Part shown: positions 32,758-42,181 of the stretch, in pieces
How positions within the stretch are numbered: position 1 is the stretch's first letter
Layout of the letters: each line of letters begins with the position of its first letter
IMG/VR virus record: IMGVR_UViG_3300045988_075135
Length of the DNA stretch: 57,983 nt
Direction: 5' to 3' (one strand)
Origin: a virus
The notes under the pieces: generated by a model
What the model was told of the DNA's origin: nothing
Databases searched by the model: none
The model's input: only the letters and a program-made list of their open reading frames with translations
Made by a program: the position numbers and the translations under genes

Positions 32758-33668
32758 ATGAGTAGCACCTCGAAATTGGTTAATAACGGAGAAAACAGAC
32801 TTCGCTCGGCACTGGTACAAGCGTTTGAAAGCTGGACAACGCCCTATGACATTCGGCCAGACGGCGTATTCGGCAGCATGGCTATAATCAAGAGCGGGCA
32901 AGTTACTATTTCTTCGGAGACTTTGGACATTGAATTTCAGGTGCCTTTCTAGGGTCTGACGACGACGTCGAACCCAACGAAGCGGAGATAAAGGTATACA
33001 ACCTGTCAAACAATACGCTCAAGCAGCTTAAAAAGGGCGCGGCCATATCCGTATCGGCGGGCTACAAGGGCGACACCGGCGTGCTGTTCAGCGGCTTTAT
33101 ATCCAAGATAAAAACCGTCCACGAGGGCGCGGACAAGGTGACGAGCATCAACGCGATGGACGACATAAAGGACCATACCGTGGAAAGCATCGCGTTCGCC
33201 AAAGGGACGAAGGCCAGCTACATTCTCAAAAAGCTGATTGACAAGACCGGCATTCCCGTGGCGGTATTCAGCCCGCGGCGCGATTACACATACAAGGATT
33301 CCCAGACCGTGGACGGCGATCTGATGGAGAATATCAGCCGGTACGCCAAGGTGTGCGGCATATCCGTATACGTGAGCAAGGGCAAGATTTATGCGCGCTA
33401 CATCAAAAACGGCGACAACATCAATTTCACGGTTTCCAGCGAGACCGGCCTGATAGGCTCGCCCAGTCCCTTTGAGGAGGAAGTGACCGCCGAGGACTTT
33501 ACCGAAACGGTGAGCGGCTACGAAGTCGAAATGCTGCTGCAACACCGCATGTGTGCGGGCGCAATCGTGGCACTAAAGAGCGTGGACGCGACCGGCACTT
33601 ACCGCGTATGCAAGGGCGAGCACCGCTTCTCCGCGTATGAGGCCATTACCAAGTTCAAAATGTACTAA
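32758..33668 (+). CDS. XkdQ-like baseplate/tail hub protein, interrupted by an in-frame TAG at 32950 and continuing in the -1 frame
   Basis: Frame Y reads MSSTSKLVNN...SSETLDIEFQVPF*. The -1 frame continues (L)GSDDDVEPNEAEIKVYNLSNNTLKQLKKGAAISVSAGYKGDTGVLFSGFI... through to 33668. Confidence 0.6.
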
Positions 33669-33680
33669 GGGGGTGAGCTG

Positions 33681-34085
33681 ATGGGCAGCATGACGTTTGT
33701 CGATTCGGCAATCGAGCGCAAGCTGATGGATTTGCACTGCGCCTACATCGGCAAGGTGGTTTCGACGGATGGAAGCACGGCGACGGTTCAGCCGCTCGGC
33801 AAGATAAAGGAAGTCGGCAGCACATCCGGCAAAACGCAGGCCGTCGTTGCCAACGTGCCGATTGCATGTAAGAAGTTTACGAGCAAGACAATCACCTACC
33901 TCATATCAGCCGATGGCGCTACCCGCTCTGAAACCGTGGCTGTACCTTCCGCGCTGGCTGCGGGCGATCTGGTTGTATGCGTGTGCGCGGACAGGGACAT
34001 TACGGACGCGCGGCGCGGGGTCAACGCTGTGCCTCCGGTCGGGCGGCACACCATATCGGACAGCATTATCGTGGGCATTTTATAG
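33681..34085 (+). CDS. Baseplate spike/hub-associated protein (XkdR / DUF2577-like)
   Basis: 134 aa at the position of PBSX XkdR. LHCAYIGKVVSTDGSTATVQP.... Confidence 0.55.
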   Translation: MGSMTFVDSAIERKLMDLHCAYIGKVVSTDGSTATVQPLGKIKEVGSTSGKTQAVVANVPIACKKFTSKTITYLISADGATRSETVAVPSALAAGDLVVCVCADRDITDARRGVNAVPPVGRHTISDSIIVGIL

Positions 34086-34096
34086 GAGGTGGCGGC

Positions 34097-34453
34097 ATGA
34101 AGGGCTTCGCACTTGATGAAAACGGCGACGTGCTGATTGAGAACGGCGAAATAAGCATGGCCGTCGGTGACAGTCTTTTGCAGCAAAAAGTATGGACGGT
34201 GCTGCGCACCCATCTGGGCGAGTGGTTCTTCGATTGGAATCAGGGAATCGACTTTAACAACCTGCTGGGCAAGCACACCAGCGAGGAGCTTGTGCGCTTC
34301 GAGGTCGAGCGCGGGCTGAGGCAGGTCGATGAGACGTTTGCGATTGTCGATTTTACCTATGAGGTAAACCGGCAGGCGCGCAAGGCCACGGTTTCTTTCG
34401 TAGCGCAGACCTCCAGCGGGGAAACAGTCGGGGGTGATTATACATGGGACTGA
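34097..34453 (+). CDS. Baseplate wedge protein (XkdS / DUF2634, gp25-like)
   Basis: ATG 34097 follows AGGAGGTGG. MKGFALDENGDVLIENGEISMAVGDSLLQQKVWTVLRTHLGEWFFDWNQGIDF. Confidence 0.7.
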   Translation: MKGFALDENGDVLIENGEISMAVGDSLLQQKVWTVLRTHLGEWFFDWNQGIDFNNLLGKHTSEELVRFEVERGLRQVDETFAIVDFTYEVNRQARKATVSFVAQTSSGETVGGDYTWD

Positions 34454-35604
34454 CGGACAACGGCTTTGTGCGCAGGACATACGACGATATTCTGAATGCT
34501 AAAATCCAGCGGGCGAAGGAGCTTTTCGGTGAGGACATCGACACGAGCGACCTTACCCCGCTGGGCAAGTTCATACGCATAAACGCATACGACCAGGCGC
34601 TTGCGGAGGAGGAACTGGAGGCGGTATATTATGCGCGCTTCCCCAACACGGCGACGGGGCAAGCGCTGGACAGGCTGCTGGTATTCGGCGGGCTGACGCG
34701 CAATCCGGCGGTATCAGCAGTGTACAGCGTGAAGATAACCGGCGAGGCGGATACAGTAATCGAACCCGGCTTCCTCGTCGGCACGGAAACGGGCATACAA
34801 TACTACACCACCGAGGAAGCGACCATAGGCGCGGGCGGCACCGTTACGGTAAATGCGGCCTGCACGGAAGCGGGCGTAATCGGCAATGTAAGCGCCGCTG
34901 CGATAAACCTGATAGTTAATCCGGACGCGAATATAACCGCTGTGGCGGGCGTTGAGCGCGTCTCAGCGGGCACGGACACAGAGAGCGACGCGGCACTGCG
35001 CAAGCGGCTGCAAGCGGCATATGCGGGCGCCTCCAGCAGCAATGCAGACGCCATTCGCGCGGCGCTTCTACGAATACCGACGGTGCTGTTCGCGGCGGTC
35101 GTCGTCAATGATGGAGACAAGGCGGACGCGGATGAGCGGCCTCCTCACTCGTTCGAGTGCTACATACTGGGCGGCGAGGACTACGAGGACGAAATCGGAC
35201 AGACCATATTCGATAAGCGGCCAATCGGGATTAAGACAGTGGGCGACAAGGCGGTGACGGTAACTGACGCAAGCGGCAACGCGCAGACGGTTCACTTCTC
35301 GTACTCACCTCATGTACAGATACACGTCAAGGCGCAGATCAAGACCAGCTCGGCCTATCCCAGCGACGGCGCAGGCCGCATATACTCCGCTGTGGCGGGC
35401 TACATTGACGGGCTGGGCATTGGCACCTCGCTGGTGCTATCGACGCTGTACGGGCAGATTTACAGCGTTCCCGGCGTGACGGAGGTAACGTCGCTCACAG
35501 CCTCTACAAATGGCGGCACTACCTACTCTGCGTCCAACGTTACCGTACCTGCCTATGGCGTGGCCGTGTGCGCAGCGGTTGACGTGGAGGTGGTTACGAC
35601 GTGA
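34444..35604 (+). CDS. Baseplate J-like protein (XkdT-like)
   Basis: 386 aa. Typical N-terminus GFVRRTYDDILNAKIQRAKELFGEDIDTSDLTPLGKFI. Canonical order. Confidence 0.8.
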   Translation: MGLTDNGFVRRTYDDILNAKIQRAKELFGEDIDTSDLTPLGKFIRINAYDQALAEEELEAVYYARFPNTATGQALDRLLVFGGLTRNPAVSAVYSVKITGEADTVIEPGFLVGTETGIQYYTTEEATIGAGGTVTVNAACTEAGVIGNVSAAAINLIVNPDANITAVAGVERVSAGTDTESDAALRKRLQAAYAGASSSNADAIRAALLRIPTVLFAAVVVNDGDKADADERPPHSFECYILGGEDYEDEIGQTIFDKRPIGIKTVGDKAVTVTDASGNAQTVHFSYSPHVQIHVKAQIKTSSAYPSDGAGRIYSAVAGYIDGLGIGTSLVLSTLYGQIYSVPGVTEVTSLTASTNGGTTYSASNVTVPAYGVAVCAAVDVEVVTT

Positions 35605-36227
35605 TTATCGGATTTGACCGCGACGACCTTGCGCGCAATCTGCCGGACGCATACCGCAAGGACGCGGAATCGAACAACGCCAAGCTGCTTGCCATTGAAA
35701 AAGGCGAAACGGATACCATGTTCGCGGAGCTGGAGGCCGTGGACGACAGTCTGGACATAAACCGGGCGACCGGCAGCACGCTGGACCTGTACGGCGCGAT
35801 GATTGGGCAGGAGCGCGGCGCGGCTACGGATGAGCAGTACCGCACGCTAATCCGCGCCAAGATACTGCGTAATCTGGCTGGGACTGACTACAACAGCATC
35901 GTATATGCGATTGCGTCGGCACTCGATGGAGCATCACCTACGGACATTGTACTGGTGGAAGAAACGCCGTGCACCGTCCGCGTCGATGCGCTGCCCTACT
36001 CTGCGCTGAACAGCAGCAACATCGACCTGCCAACCGCGATGGCGATTATCAGGCGGCTGATGCCTGCGGGCGTGCGGCTGGAAAGCGTGGGCTTTTCCGG
36101 CACATTCGAGTTCGGCACCGCGGCCACTGATTACGACGCGGACGCGGGCTTCGGCGACGTGGAGCAGACGCTGGGCGGCTACTTTGGCCTTATCGCCGAC
36201 GGCGCGGACAGCAATCTGCCTGTATAA
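35601..36227 (+). CDS. Baseplate/tail protein (XkdU / DUF2313-like, P2 gpI-like)
   Basis: 208 aa. NLPDAYRKDAESNNAKLLAIE...DLYGAMIGQERG.... Follows the baseplate J gene. Confidence 0.7.
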   Translation: MIIGFDRDDLARNLPDAYRKDAESNNAKLLAIEKGETDTMFAELEAVDDSLDINRATGSTLDLYGAMIGQERGAATDEQYRTLIRAKILRNLAGTDYNSIVYAIASALDGASPTDIVLVEETPCTVRVDALPYSALNSSNIDLPTAMAIIRRLMPAGVRLESVGFSGTFEFGTAATDYDADAGFGDVEQTLGGYFGLIADGADSNLPV

Positions 36228-36245
36228 CCGAAAGGAGGTAATTAA

Positions 36246-37274
36246 ATGAACTTTGAAAAAGACGTACCCGAATGGACGGCAGAAGGAACAGAGCCGCCCG
36301 CGTCGCTAAAGTCGGGCGGGTTCACTGCCGGATACAAGCCTCCGGCGGCGTTTTTCAACTGGTTCTGGTCGGGCGTGAGCGCCTGCCTGACGGAGATACG
36401 CACCAAGCTGTCTACTCATAAGCACGCTGCCTCCGACGTGGAGAGCGGCGTTTTTAGCGTGCAGCGGGGCGGCACCGGCAAGGGGTCGGTCACGGCGGGC
36501 AATTATCTTGTGGGCAACGGCACGGGAGCTATGACCGAAAAGACGCCTGCGCAGGTGCTGGCGGACATAGGCGCGGCCAGTGCGGACGCGGTTGACCCGG
36601 TTGTCACGACGACCGGCACGAGTACCGCTTATGTGGCTACTGTGCCCGGCATTAAGGCGCTGACGGCGGGTGTGAGCTTTATCATGGTGCCGCACGTTAC
36701 CAGCAGCACCACTACCCCGACGCTCAACGTCAACGGACTGGGCGCGAAAGGGATGCGGCTCCAGCTCAGTTTCAATACGACTGCGACGACGACGCCCAAT
36801 CTGACGACGTTTTTCACGGCAAACAAGCCGATACGGATGATGTACGACGGCCAGTACTGGAAACCGGCCATACAGAAAACGTCCGCGGATGACTTATACG
36901 GCGCGGTGCCCATCGAGAGCGGCGGCACCGGTGCGGCAACTGCCGCGGGCGCGCTGGAGAATCTGGGCATTACCGCGGCGCTGGCCGGGAAAGCGGTCAA
37001 GAGTGTGGCCGTGACAGTAACGGCCACGGCTGCGGGCTGGACCGGTACAGGGCCTTCGGGGCCTTATACGCAGACGGTAAACGTTACCGGCGTTACGGCC
37101 AGCAACAATATCATCGTAGGCCTGGCAAGCGGCGCGACGGCGCAGCAGCGGGCGGCGGCGCGCGATGCGGCGATGTCGGCAACTGCACAGGGGGCCGGAA
37201 CGATTACAATAACATGCGATGGAAGCAGCGCGCCCACGGTTGATTTGCCCGTGGCCGTTATTATACTCGGATAA
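36246..37274 (+). CDS. Tail fibre protein
   Basis: 342 aa after the baseplate genes. HKHAASDVESGVFSVQRGGTGKGS. Its central block is paralogous to 15997..16512. Confidence 0.75.
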   Translation: MNFEKDVPEWTAEGTEPPASLKSGGFTAGYKPPAAFFNWFWSGVSACLTEIRTKLSTHKHAASDVESGVFSVQRGGTGKGSVTAGNYLVGNGTGAMTEKTPAQVLADIGAASADAVDPVVTTTGTSTAYVATVPGIKALTAGVSFIMVPHVTSSTTTPTLNVNGLGAKGMRLQLSFNTTATTTPNLTTFFTANKPIRMMYDGQYWKPAIQKTSADDLYGAVPIESGGTGAATAAGALENLGITAALAGKAVKSVAVTVTATAAGWTGTGPSGPYTQTVNVTGVTASNNIIVGLASGATAQQRAAARDAAMSATAQGAGTITITCDGSSAPTVDLPVAVIILG

Positions 37275-37289
37275 AAAGGACGTGAGTAC

Positions 37290-38258
37290 ATGGGAATAAT
37301 CAATGCCTTTCCGGGCGGAGACCCGACGAAGGGGTACAAAAGGAAAGTCGAGATAACCACGAGCCAGACGTGGACAGTGCCGGAGGGGGTTAGTGAAATT
37401 GCGGTCAGGCTGTTTGGCGGAGGCGGTAGTGGCGGCGTTGGAAGCTATGGCGGCGGTGGTGGCGGCGGCCACATGGCTTATGCAAAGCTCAACGTTACGC
37501 CGGGGACAAAATATTCAATTGTCATTGGTGCTGGCGGCCAAGCCATGAACCGAAAGACGGAAGACCTTAACGGCGACTACGGTCGGGATGGGCAAGATGG
37601 CAGCGACAGCAAATTCGGCGATGCTTTAATCGCATATGGCGGCGGCAGCGGCGGCGGTTCTGATAAACACGAGAGGGACGGCGGTGACGGCGGTACTGGC
37701 GGCGGCTCATTTGGCTGGGGCGGCGGCTATGCAGCTTCCGGCAACGATGGCTATACAAAGGGCGGAACTGGGACATATGGCGGCGGCGGTGGCAGCGGCA
37801 ATGTTGACAACGCTATCGCAATTGGTGGCGTATATGGCGGTAATGGTGGGAATTTGTCTATGGTATCGCAGTGCGGCATTGAATCGTATGGCGGTAAAAG
37901 GCAGAACTCTACTACTACTATAAAAGAGGGATGCAGCGGCGGCGGTGGCGGTTACAGAGCAAATGGCGGCGACGGATGGGCTCTTTATTCGACAAGCAGT
38001 CTACCATATTATCGCGCGGCTGGTGGCGGCGGTGGTGGCTGGGAAGGCGGCGACGGCGGCAGCGTTGTTACTTTTGATCGTCATGGTGGCGGTGGCGGCG
38101 GGTATAGCTCAAAGAAAATTGCTGGTGATGGCATAGACAACGACAATAAAGTTGATGCGTATGGAGGTAAAGGCTACGGCGCTGGCGGCGGTGGAGGCTA
38201 TTACAAGAGCGGCGCTGGCGCGCCCGGCATCTGCATAATCGAATACTTTACTTACTAA
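37290..38258 (+). CDS. Glycine-rich protein (fibre-associated)
   Basis: 322 aa dominated by GGGG(S/Y)GG runs. Located in the fibre module. Confidence 0.65.
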   Translation: MGIINAFPGGDPTKGYKRKVEITTSQTWTVPEGVSEIAVRLFGGGGSGGVGSYGGGGGGGHMAYAKLNVTPGTKYSIVIGAGGQAMNRKTEDLNGDYGRDGQDGSDSKFGDALIAYGGGSGGGSDKHERDGGDGGTGGGSFGWGGGYAASGNDGYTKGGTGTYGGGGGSGNVDNAIAIGGVYGGNGGNLSMVSQCGIESYGGKRQNSTTTIKEGCSGGGGGYRANGGDGWALYSTSSLPYYRAAGGGGGGWEGGDGGSVVTFDRHGGGGGGYSSKKIAGDGIDNDNKVDAYGGKGYGAGGGGGYYKSGAGAPGICIIEYFTY

Positions 38259-38270
38259 GGTGGTGAACAC

Positions 38271-38624
38271 ATGACCATAGCAGTAATCAAGGACGGCAAG
38301 TGCATCCACATGTGCGTATTCGACGACATGGTAATCGCGCGCAATTTTCTAAGCGCGGGCGTCTGGCCGGGCGCATCGGACGTACTGGAAGCGGCTGACG
38401 GGTACGGCATCGGGGACAGCTACGCGGACGGCGTGTGGACTAAAGCGCCCTCTGAAAAGCCTGAACCGATGGAACCGACGGAACCCACGCCGACGCTGAG
38501 CGAGCGTCTGGCGGCGGCGGAGAAGCAGAATAAACAGCTTACCGCCCAGCTCACGGCGGCAGGAAATCAGATCGAAATGCTTGAGGGCTGTGTCATTGAA
38601 CTGGCGCAAACCGTATATGCGTAA
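38271..38624 (+). CDS. Hypothetical protein (fibre-assembly position)
   Basis: 117 aa. Pro/Glu-rich linker and a C-terminal coiled coil (LSERLAAAEKQNKQLTAQLTAAGNQIEMLE). Confidence 0.55.
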   Translation: MTIAVIKDGKCIHMCVFDDMVIARNFLSAGVWPGASDVLEAADGYGIGDSYADGVWTKAPSEKPEPMEPTEPTPTLSERLAAAEKQNKQLTAQLTAAGNQIEMLEGCVIELAQTVYA

Positions 38625-38694
38625 ATTGCTTACAGGCGCATTGAATGCGCTGGTAATAACATATTGTGCCGTAAGGCACAGGAAGGACGGTATC

Positions 38695-38859
38695 ATGGAT
38701 ATGCTTAAGGTACTTTTCGCGTCTAAGGTTCTCATGGGGCAGATGGAGTTTGAGGCGGTTCCGCGCCTGCTTAAACCGGGCGTGGCACAGGAGATTATCG
38801 ATGCGGGTATGCCGGAGCTTGTGCCGGTAGAGTACGGCGGGACGTTGGCCGCAGAGTAA
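38695..38859 (+). CDS. Small XkdX-like protein (54 aa)
   Basis: ATG 38695 follows AGGAAGGA (alternative ATG at 38617). The last gene before the endolysin, as xkdX is in PBSX. Confidence 0.45.
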   Translation: MDMLKVLFASKVLMGQMEFEAVPRLLKPGVAQEIIDAGMPELVPVEYGGTLAAE

Positions 38860-38938
38860 TCCTTTGCGGACATGCGGTTTCTAAGACGACGACGGGGCGG
38901 CAGCAATGCCGCCCTTATCATTTTGCGAGGTGAGATAA

Positions 38939-39955
38939 ATGGCGGATAAAAGAATGCCGATTGGCAAGTTCGTTACTGAACTGAAAGCGGCGCTCAAACG
39001 CAAAGACGGCTATATCATGGGCAGCAAAGGCCAGAACCCGAAAAAGTGGGCAAAGGACAGTTGGTGGTTTACGCAGTACAGCGGCGAGCAAAAGGAAAAG
39101 GCGCTGTACTGGCGCGAGCACGCGGCCCGCGTCTGGGACTGCAACGGCATGGCCGAGGGTATTTATGAGGACTATACCGGCGTAAACATCAACACGAAGG
39201 CGCGCTACAATTACGCGAACTGGTGCGGCACCAAGGGCAGCGGCACCATACCGGCGCAATACCGCGTGCCGGGCGCGGCGGTGTTTATTCGCTCCGCTAA
39301 GGCGGGCTACATTACGCACGTGGGCTATCTGGTCGAGCCTGTCAACGGCTCGAAACCTACCGGCGACTGGTGGGTTATCGAAGCGCGCGGCGTGATGTAC
39401 GGTGTCGTTAAGACAAAGCTGTCGGCGCGTGGTTGGAACCGCTGGGGTCTCATGACTAAATATTTTGATTACGACCATGCTGCCACGGAACGCGATCCGC
39501 AGCTCGGCGACCGCATTCTAAAGAACGGTTCCGAGGGTGCCGACGTGAAGGCGCTGCAATCTGCGCTCATCCGTCTGGGCTACAACTGCGGGCGCTGGGG
39601 CGCTGACGGCGACTTTGGCGATGCAACGGAGATGGCCGTTACTGCGTTCCAGCAAGACCACGGCTGCACGGCGGACGGCGATTTCGGGCCGGTGACGTAT
39701 GCCGCGCTGAAAAAGGCGCTGGCGGCGCTGGACGACAACTCCGCAGTAACCTCACCGCGCACGGTGCGCATAGTCGGCGGCAACTGCTGGGTGCGCTCGG
39801 AGCCGAACACCAGCGGGAGCAAGCTGGGCGTGGTGGCCGACGGCGATACGTTTGCCTACGGCGGCCAGACGGCGAGCAACGGATGGCATAAGATTAAGTT
39901 GAATGATGGCCGCCTTGGATGGGTATCGGGCAAATACAGCAGGTTGGAGGGCTAA
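38939..39955 (+). CDS. Endolysin: NlpC/P60-like peptidase + PG_binding_1 + SH3 domains
   Basis: Cys in VWDCNGMAEGIY and His in GYITHVGYL. PGB: GSEGADVKALQSALIRLGYNCGRWGADGDFGDATEMAVTAFQ. SH3-like: VRSEPNTSGSKLGVVADGDTF...WHKIKL. Confidence 0.85.
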   Translation: MADKRMPIGKFVTELKAALKRKDGYIMGSKGQNPKKWAKDSWWFTQYSGEQKEKALYWREHAARVWDCNGMAEGIYEDYTGVNINTKARYNYANWCGTKGSGTIPAQYRVPGAAVFIRSAKAGYITHVGYLVEPVNGSKPTGDWWVIEARGVMYGVVKTKLSARGWNRWGLMTKYFDYDHAATERDPQLGDRILKNGSEGADVKALQSALIRLGYNCGRWGADGDFGDATEMAVTAFQQDHGCTADGDFGPVTYAALKKALAALDDNSAVTSPRTVRIVGGNCWVRSEPNTSGSKLGVVADGDTFAYGGQTASNGWHKIKLNDGRLGWVSGKYSRLEG

Positions 39956-39958
39956 GAT

Positions 39959-40288
39959 ATGGAGCAAATAACTCTATCGGACGCCTGGGGCTGGGTGCTG
40001 GCCGCTGCCACGGCTGTTGTCGCACTATCCAAGGCGTGGGAAATACTCAAGAAAAAACTCCATCCGGAGGCGGACATGAGAGAAGAGATCAGGAAACACT
40101 CGCAAAACCTTGCCACTGACGACCGACGGCTGAAACGGCTGGAAGAAAAGCAGGAAGATACGGAGCGTTTTCAGGCCGTCATGTGCCGCGTTATGCTGGC
40201 GCAGCTCAATCACGAGCTGTCCGGCAACGACGTGACAAGCCTTAAAAAGGCAAGGGACGAACTGAACGAATATCTGACAGCCAGATGA
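39959..40288 (+). CDS. Lysis-module membrane protein (N-terminal TM + coiled coil)
   Basis: WGWVLAAATAVVALSKAW is a TM segment, followed by a charged coiled coil. Lies between the endolysin and the holin. Confidence 0.5.
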   Translation: MEQITLSDAWGWVLAAATAVVALSKAWEILKKKLHPEADMREEIRKHSQNLATDDRRLKRLEEKQEDTERFQAVMCRVMLAQLNHELSGNDVTSLKKARDELNEYLTAR

Positions 40289-40302
40289 AGGAGGAATAAC
40301 GT

Positions 40303-40536
40303 ATGAAGGATGTAAAGAAGTGGTTCAAAGCCGCGGGAATCCGGGCGATTAAAACGGTAGCGCAGACGGCTGCGGCGACCATTGGAACGAGCGCCGTACT
40401 GGGCGACGTCAACTGGGTGATGGTAGCGTCTGCCGCGACACTGGCGGGCATACTGAGCCTGCTTACATCGGTGGCGGGTCTGCCTGAGGTGGACACGGGC
40501 ACGCTTGAGGATGACGAGGGCGACGAAGAAGAATGA
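40303..40536 (+). CDS. Holin (LL-H-like)
   Basis: 77 aa. KWFKAAGIRAIKTVAQTAAATIG and a second TM segment WVMVASAATLAGILSLLTSVAG. Acidic tail. Confidence 0.7.
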   Translation: MKDVKKWFKAAGIRAIKTVAQTAAATIGTSAVLGDVNWVMVASAATLAGILSLLTSVAGLPEVDTGTLEDDEGDEEE

Positions 40537-40540
40537 GAAA

Positions 40541-40576
40541 ACGCGGGGCTGCATTGTGCGGCTCCGCGGTTTTTTT
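40541..40576. terminator. Bidirectional terminator at the end of the late operon
   Basis: acgcggggc...gctccgcgg followed by ttttttt. Also ends the convergent minus-strand gene. Confidence 0.6.
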
Positions 40577-40853
40577 ATTTGGCCTCCGGGTGCGATGATT
40601 CCCAAGGCGCGGCGTCTCGCTCGTCGTCCGTTGGGTTGCTCGCCCACAGTCTCCACGTTTTAGCATACGTATCGGCGCGGTAGTCCCAGAAGCCATACGT
40701 AATCATATCATACACAGTCCCCCAACCAATACGAATGCAGCGCCTATACATCAGCTTTTCCATGTACAGATATGGTGCAGTTGTATATGGCCAAGAGCGT
40801 CCGCCCTCCGATTCTATCTGATTAAGGTTTTCAAGCGTTAGCGGCTTTTGCAT
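40575..40853 (-). CDS. Hypothetical moron protein (92 aa)
   Basis: ATG 40853 lies 8 nt after AAGGAGGG. No family recognised. Confidence 0.55.
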   Translation of the reverse strand: MQKPLTLENLNQIESEGGRSWPYTTAPYLYMEKLMYRRCIRIGWGTVYDMITYGFWDYRADTYAKTWRLWASNPTDDERDAAPWESSHPEAK

Positions 40854-40980
40854 GTCTTGTTCCCTCCTTAATTTCTTGTCCTGCACATTTTACCGTTTAA
40901 GAGCAACTGTGCCGACGCTTATAACGTAAGGTACATGTTAATAAGCTAAAGAGAGGCGGGAGGTTTGCGCCTCCCGCCGA

Positions 40981-41388
40981 TCAGTTCTCCTTTATAACCA
41001 CGTCGTCGAAAAAGGCGAAAAGCTGATTGAAGCGGTTGTAATAATTCCATTCAACGCCGGATACAATCTGCGCAAGCGGGACTGTTTCGCCTTCCACCGT
41101 TCCGCAGTTAGAATAATAGCCGTTGAGCATGACGGCACAGTAATCTTCCTTGACGATTTCCTGCATTCTCTGCATGTCCTCCGCTTCAAAGCGGTATCCT
41201 TCACCATAGTCCCCATCTTCTGCCCAGAATACTTCTGCATTCCAAGAACGGCCATTGCGCCAGATTGCTACCCATGCAATACCGCACTCGATTTCGTACT
41301 TATTTCTCCTGCATACTTCCTTCAATGCCGCCATAACGTTCCTACCTTTCTCCCGGTCTATCGCCCGGTCGGGAGGGCTGATACTCAT
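40981..41388 (-). CDS. Hypothetical protein (second gene of the RHH4-controlled operon)
   Basis: ATGA coupling with the upstream gene at 41388 (alternative ATG at 41334). No family recognised. Confidence 0.55.
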   Translation of the reverse strand: MSISPPDRAIDREKGRNVMAALKEVCRRNKYEIECGIAWVAIWRNGRSWNAEVFWAEDGDYGEGYRFEAEDMQRMQEIVKEDYCAVMLNGYYSNCGTVEGETVPLAQIVSGVEWNYYNRFNQLFAFFDDVVIKEN

Positions 41389-42002
41389 CAGCCCCAGTAC
41401 ATCCGAAGCTCGCCGTTGTACATTTCGTAACCCATCGTGCAGTTGCCCCGAATGTTGAACAGGATGTAGTTCCAGTCGGAGGCGTTGTACAGAGCCTTGC
41501 GCTCGTAGGTGCCGACCTTGCGCAGCGCCCTGCTGCGGTTTATCTCGTACTTGGGAACCTCGTGGACTATCACTATCTTGCTCCTGTCGAATCCGAAGTC
41601 GCTTGCAATCATGTCCGCCGCTTCCTCATCGCTCAGCTCCTCGGTGAAGGAGGCGGAGGCCAGTTGCTCGTAGTCGGCCTGCTTTACGTTGTGCTCGTCC
41701 TCATACGGTGCCCAGCCCTGCTCGCGTTCGAGCTTTTCTTCCAACCGCTTGATTTGCTCTTGCTGCATCAGAATATCCTTCTTCAGCGACTTTATATGAT
41801 TCTCAAGCTCCTCGGTCTTTCTCACCTCATTCATCATTCCATTCCGCTGAATCTTCTGGGCTATGCCATTCTTGTTTTGCTTGTAAGCCTCGCAGAATGC
41901 TTTCTTGTCGCCGTCGAACTCCATGTAGGCGGCCTCAATCGCCTTGTACATCGTTGCGGTCGGGTAAATACCAGTCATCTCTTCAAACTCACACATCATC
42001 AT
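41388..42002 (-). CDS. Hypothetical protein, 204 aa (first gene of the RHH4-controlled operon)
   Basis: AAGGAGGA SD. Central coiled coil (ENHIKSLKKDILMQQEQIKRLEEKLERE). No family recognised. Confidence 0.6.
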   Translation of the reverse strand: MMMCEFEEMTGIYPTATMYKAIEAAYMEFDGDKKAFCEAYKQNKNGIAQKIQRNGMMNEVRKTEELENHIKSLKKDILMQQEQIKRLEEKLEREQGWAPYEDEHNVKQADYEQLASASFTEELSDEEAADMIASDFGFDRSKIVIVHEVPKYEINRSRALRKVGTYERKALYNASDWNYILFNIRGNCTMGYEMYNGELRMYWG

Positions 42003-42053
42003 TGTTTTGTTCCTCCTTGTTTTGTTTGCCCCTTGCTTATGTGCTTATTATAC

Positions 42054-42135
42054 GCTTACTTGCGCAAGTAAGCAATCGGCGAAATGGCTAAACATCCATG
42101 TGCTTACTTGTGCAATATGCTTACTTGCGCAAGTA
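42054..42135. promoter_or_regulatory. Divergent control region with the GCTTACTTGCGCAAGTAAGC dyad (perfect 20-bp palindrome) plus two further copies
   Basis: 42054-42073 is perfect, 42102-42115 is degenerate (TTGTGCAA core), and a third copy lies at 42119-42135. TATACT at 42149-42154 (+). The reverse complement of TATAAT at 42047-42052 (-). Confidence 0.6.
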
Positions 42136-42181
42136 TAGAAAAGGGTGCTATACTGGCAATAGTAACGAAGGAGGGGTACTT

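Noticed and set aside
15997-37274. Paralogous fibre segments (15997-16512 versus ~36650-36950), considered as a template/variable repeat pair of a diversity-generating retroelement.
   Set aside because: No reverse transcriptase or Avd-like gene is present anywhere in the genome. The two segments differ at many positions, not specifically at adenines.
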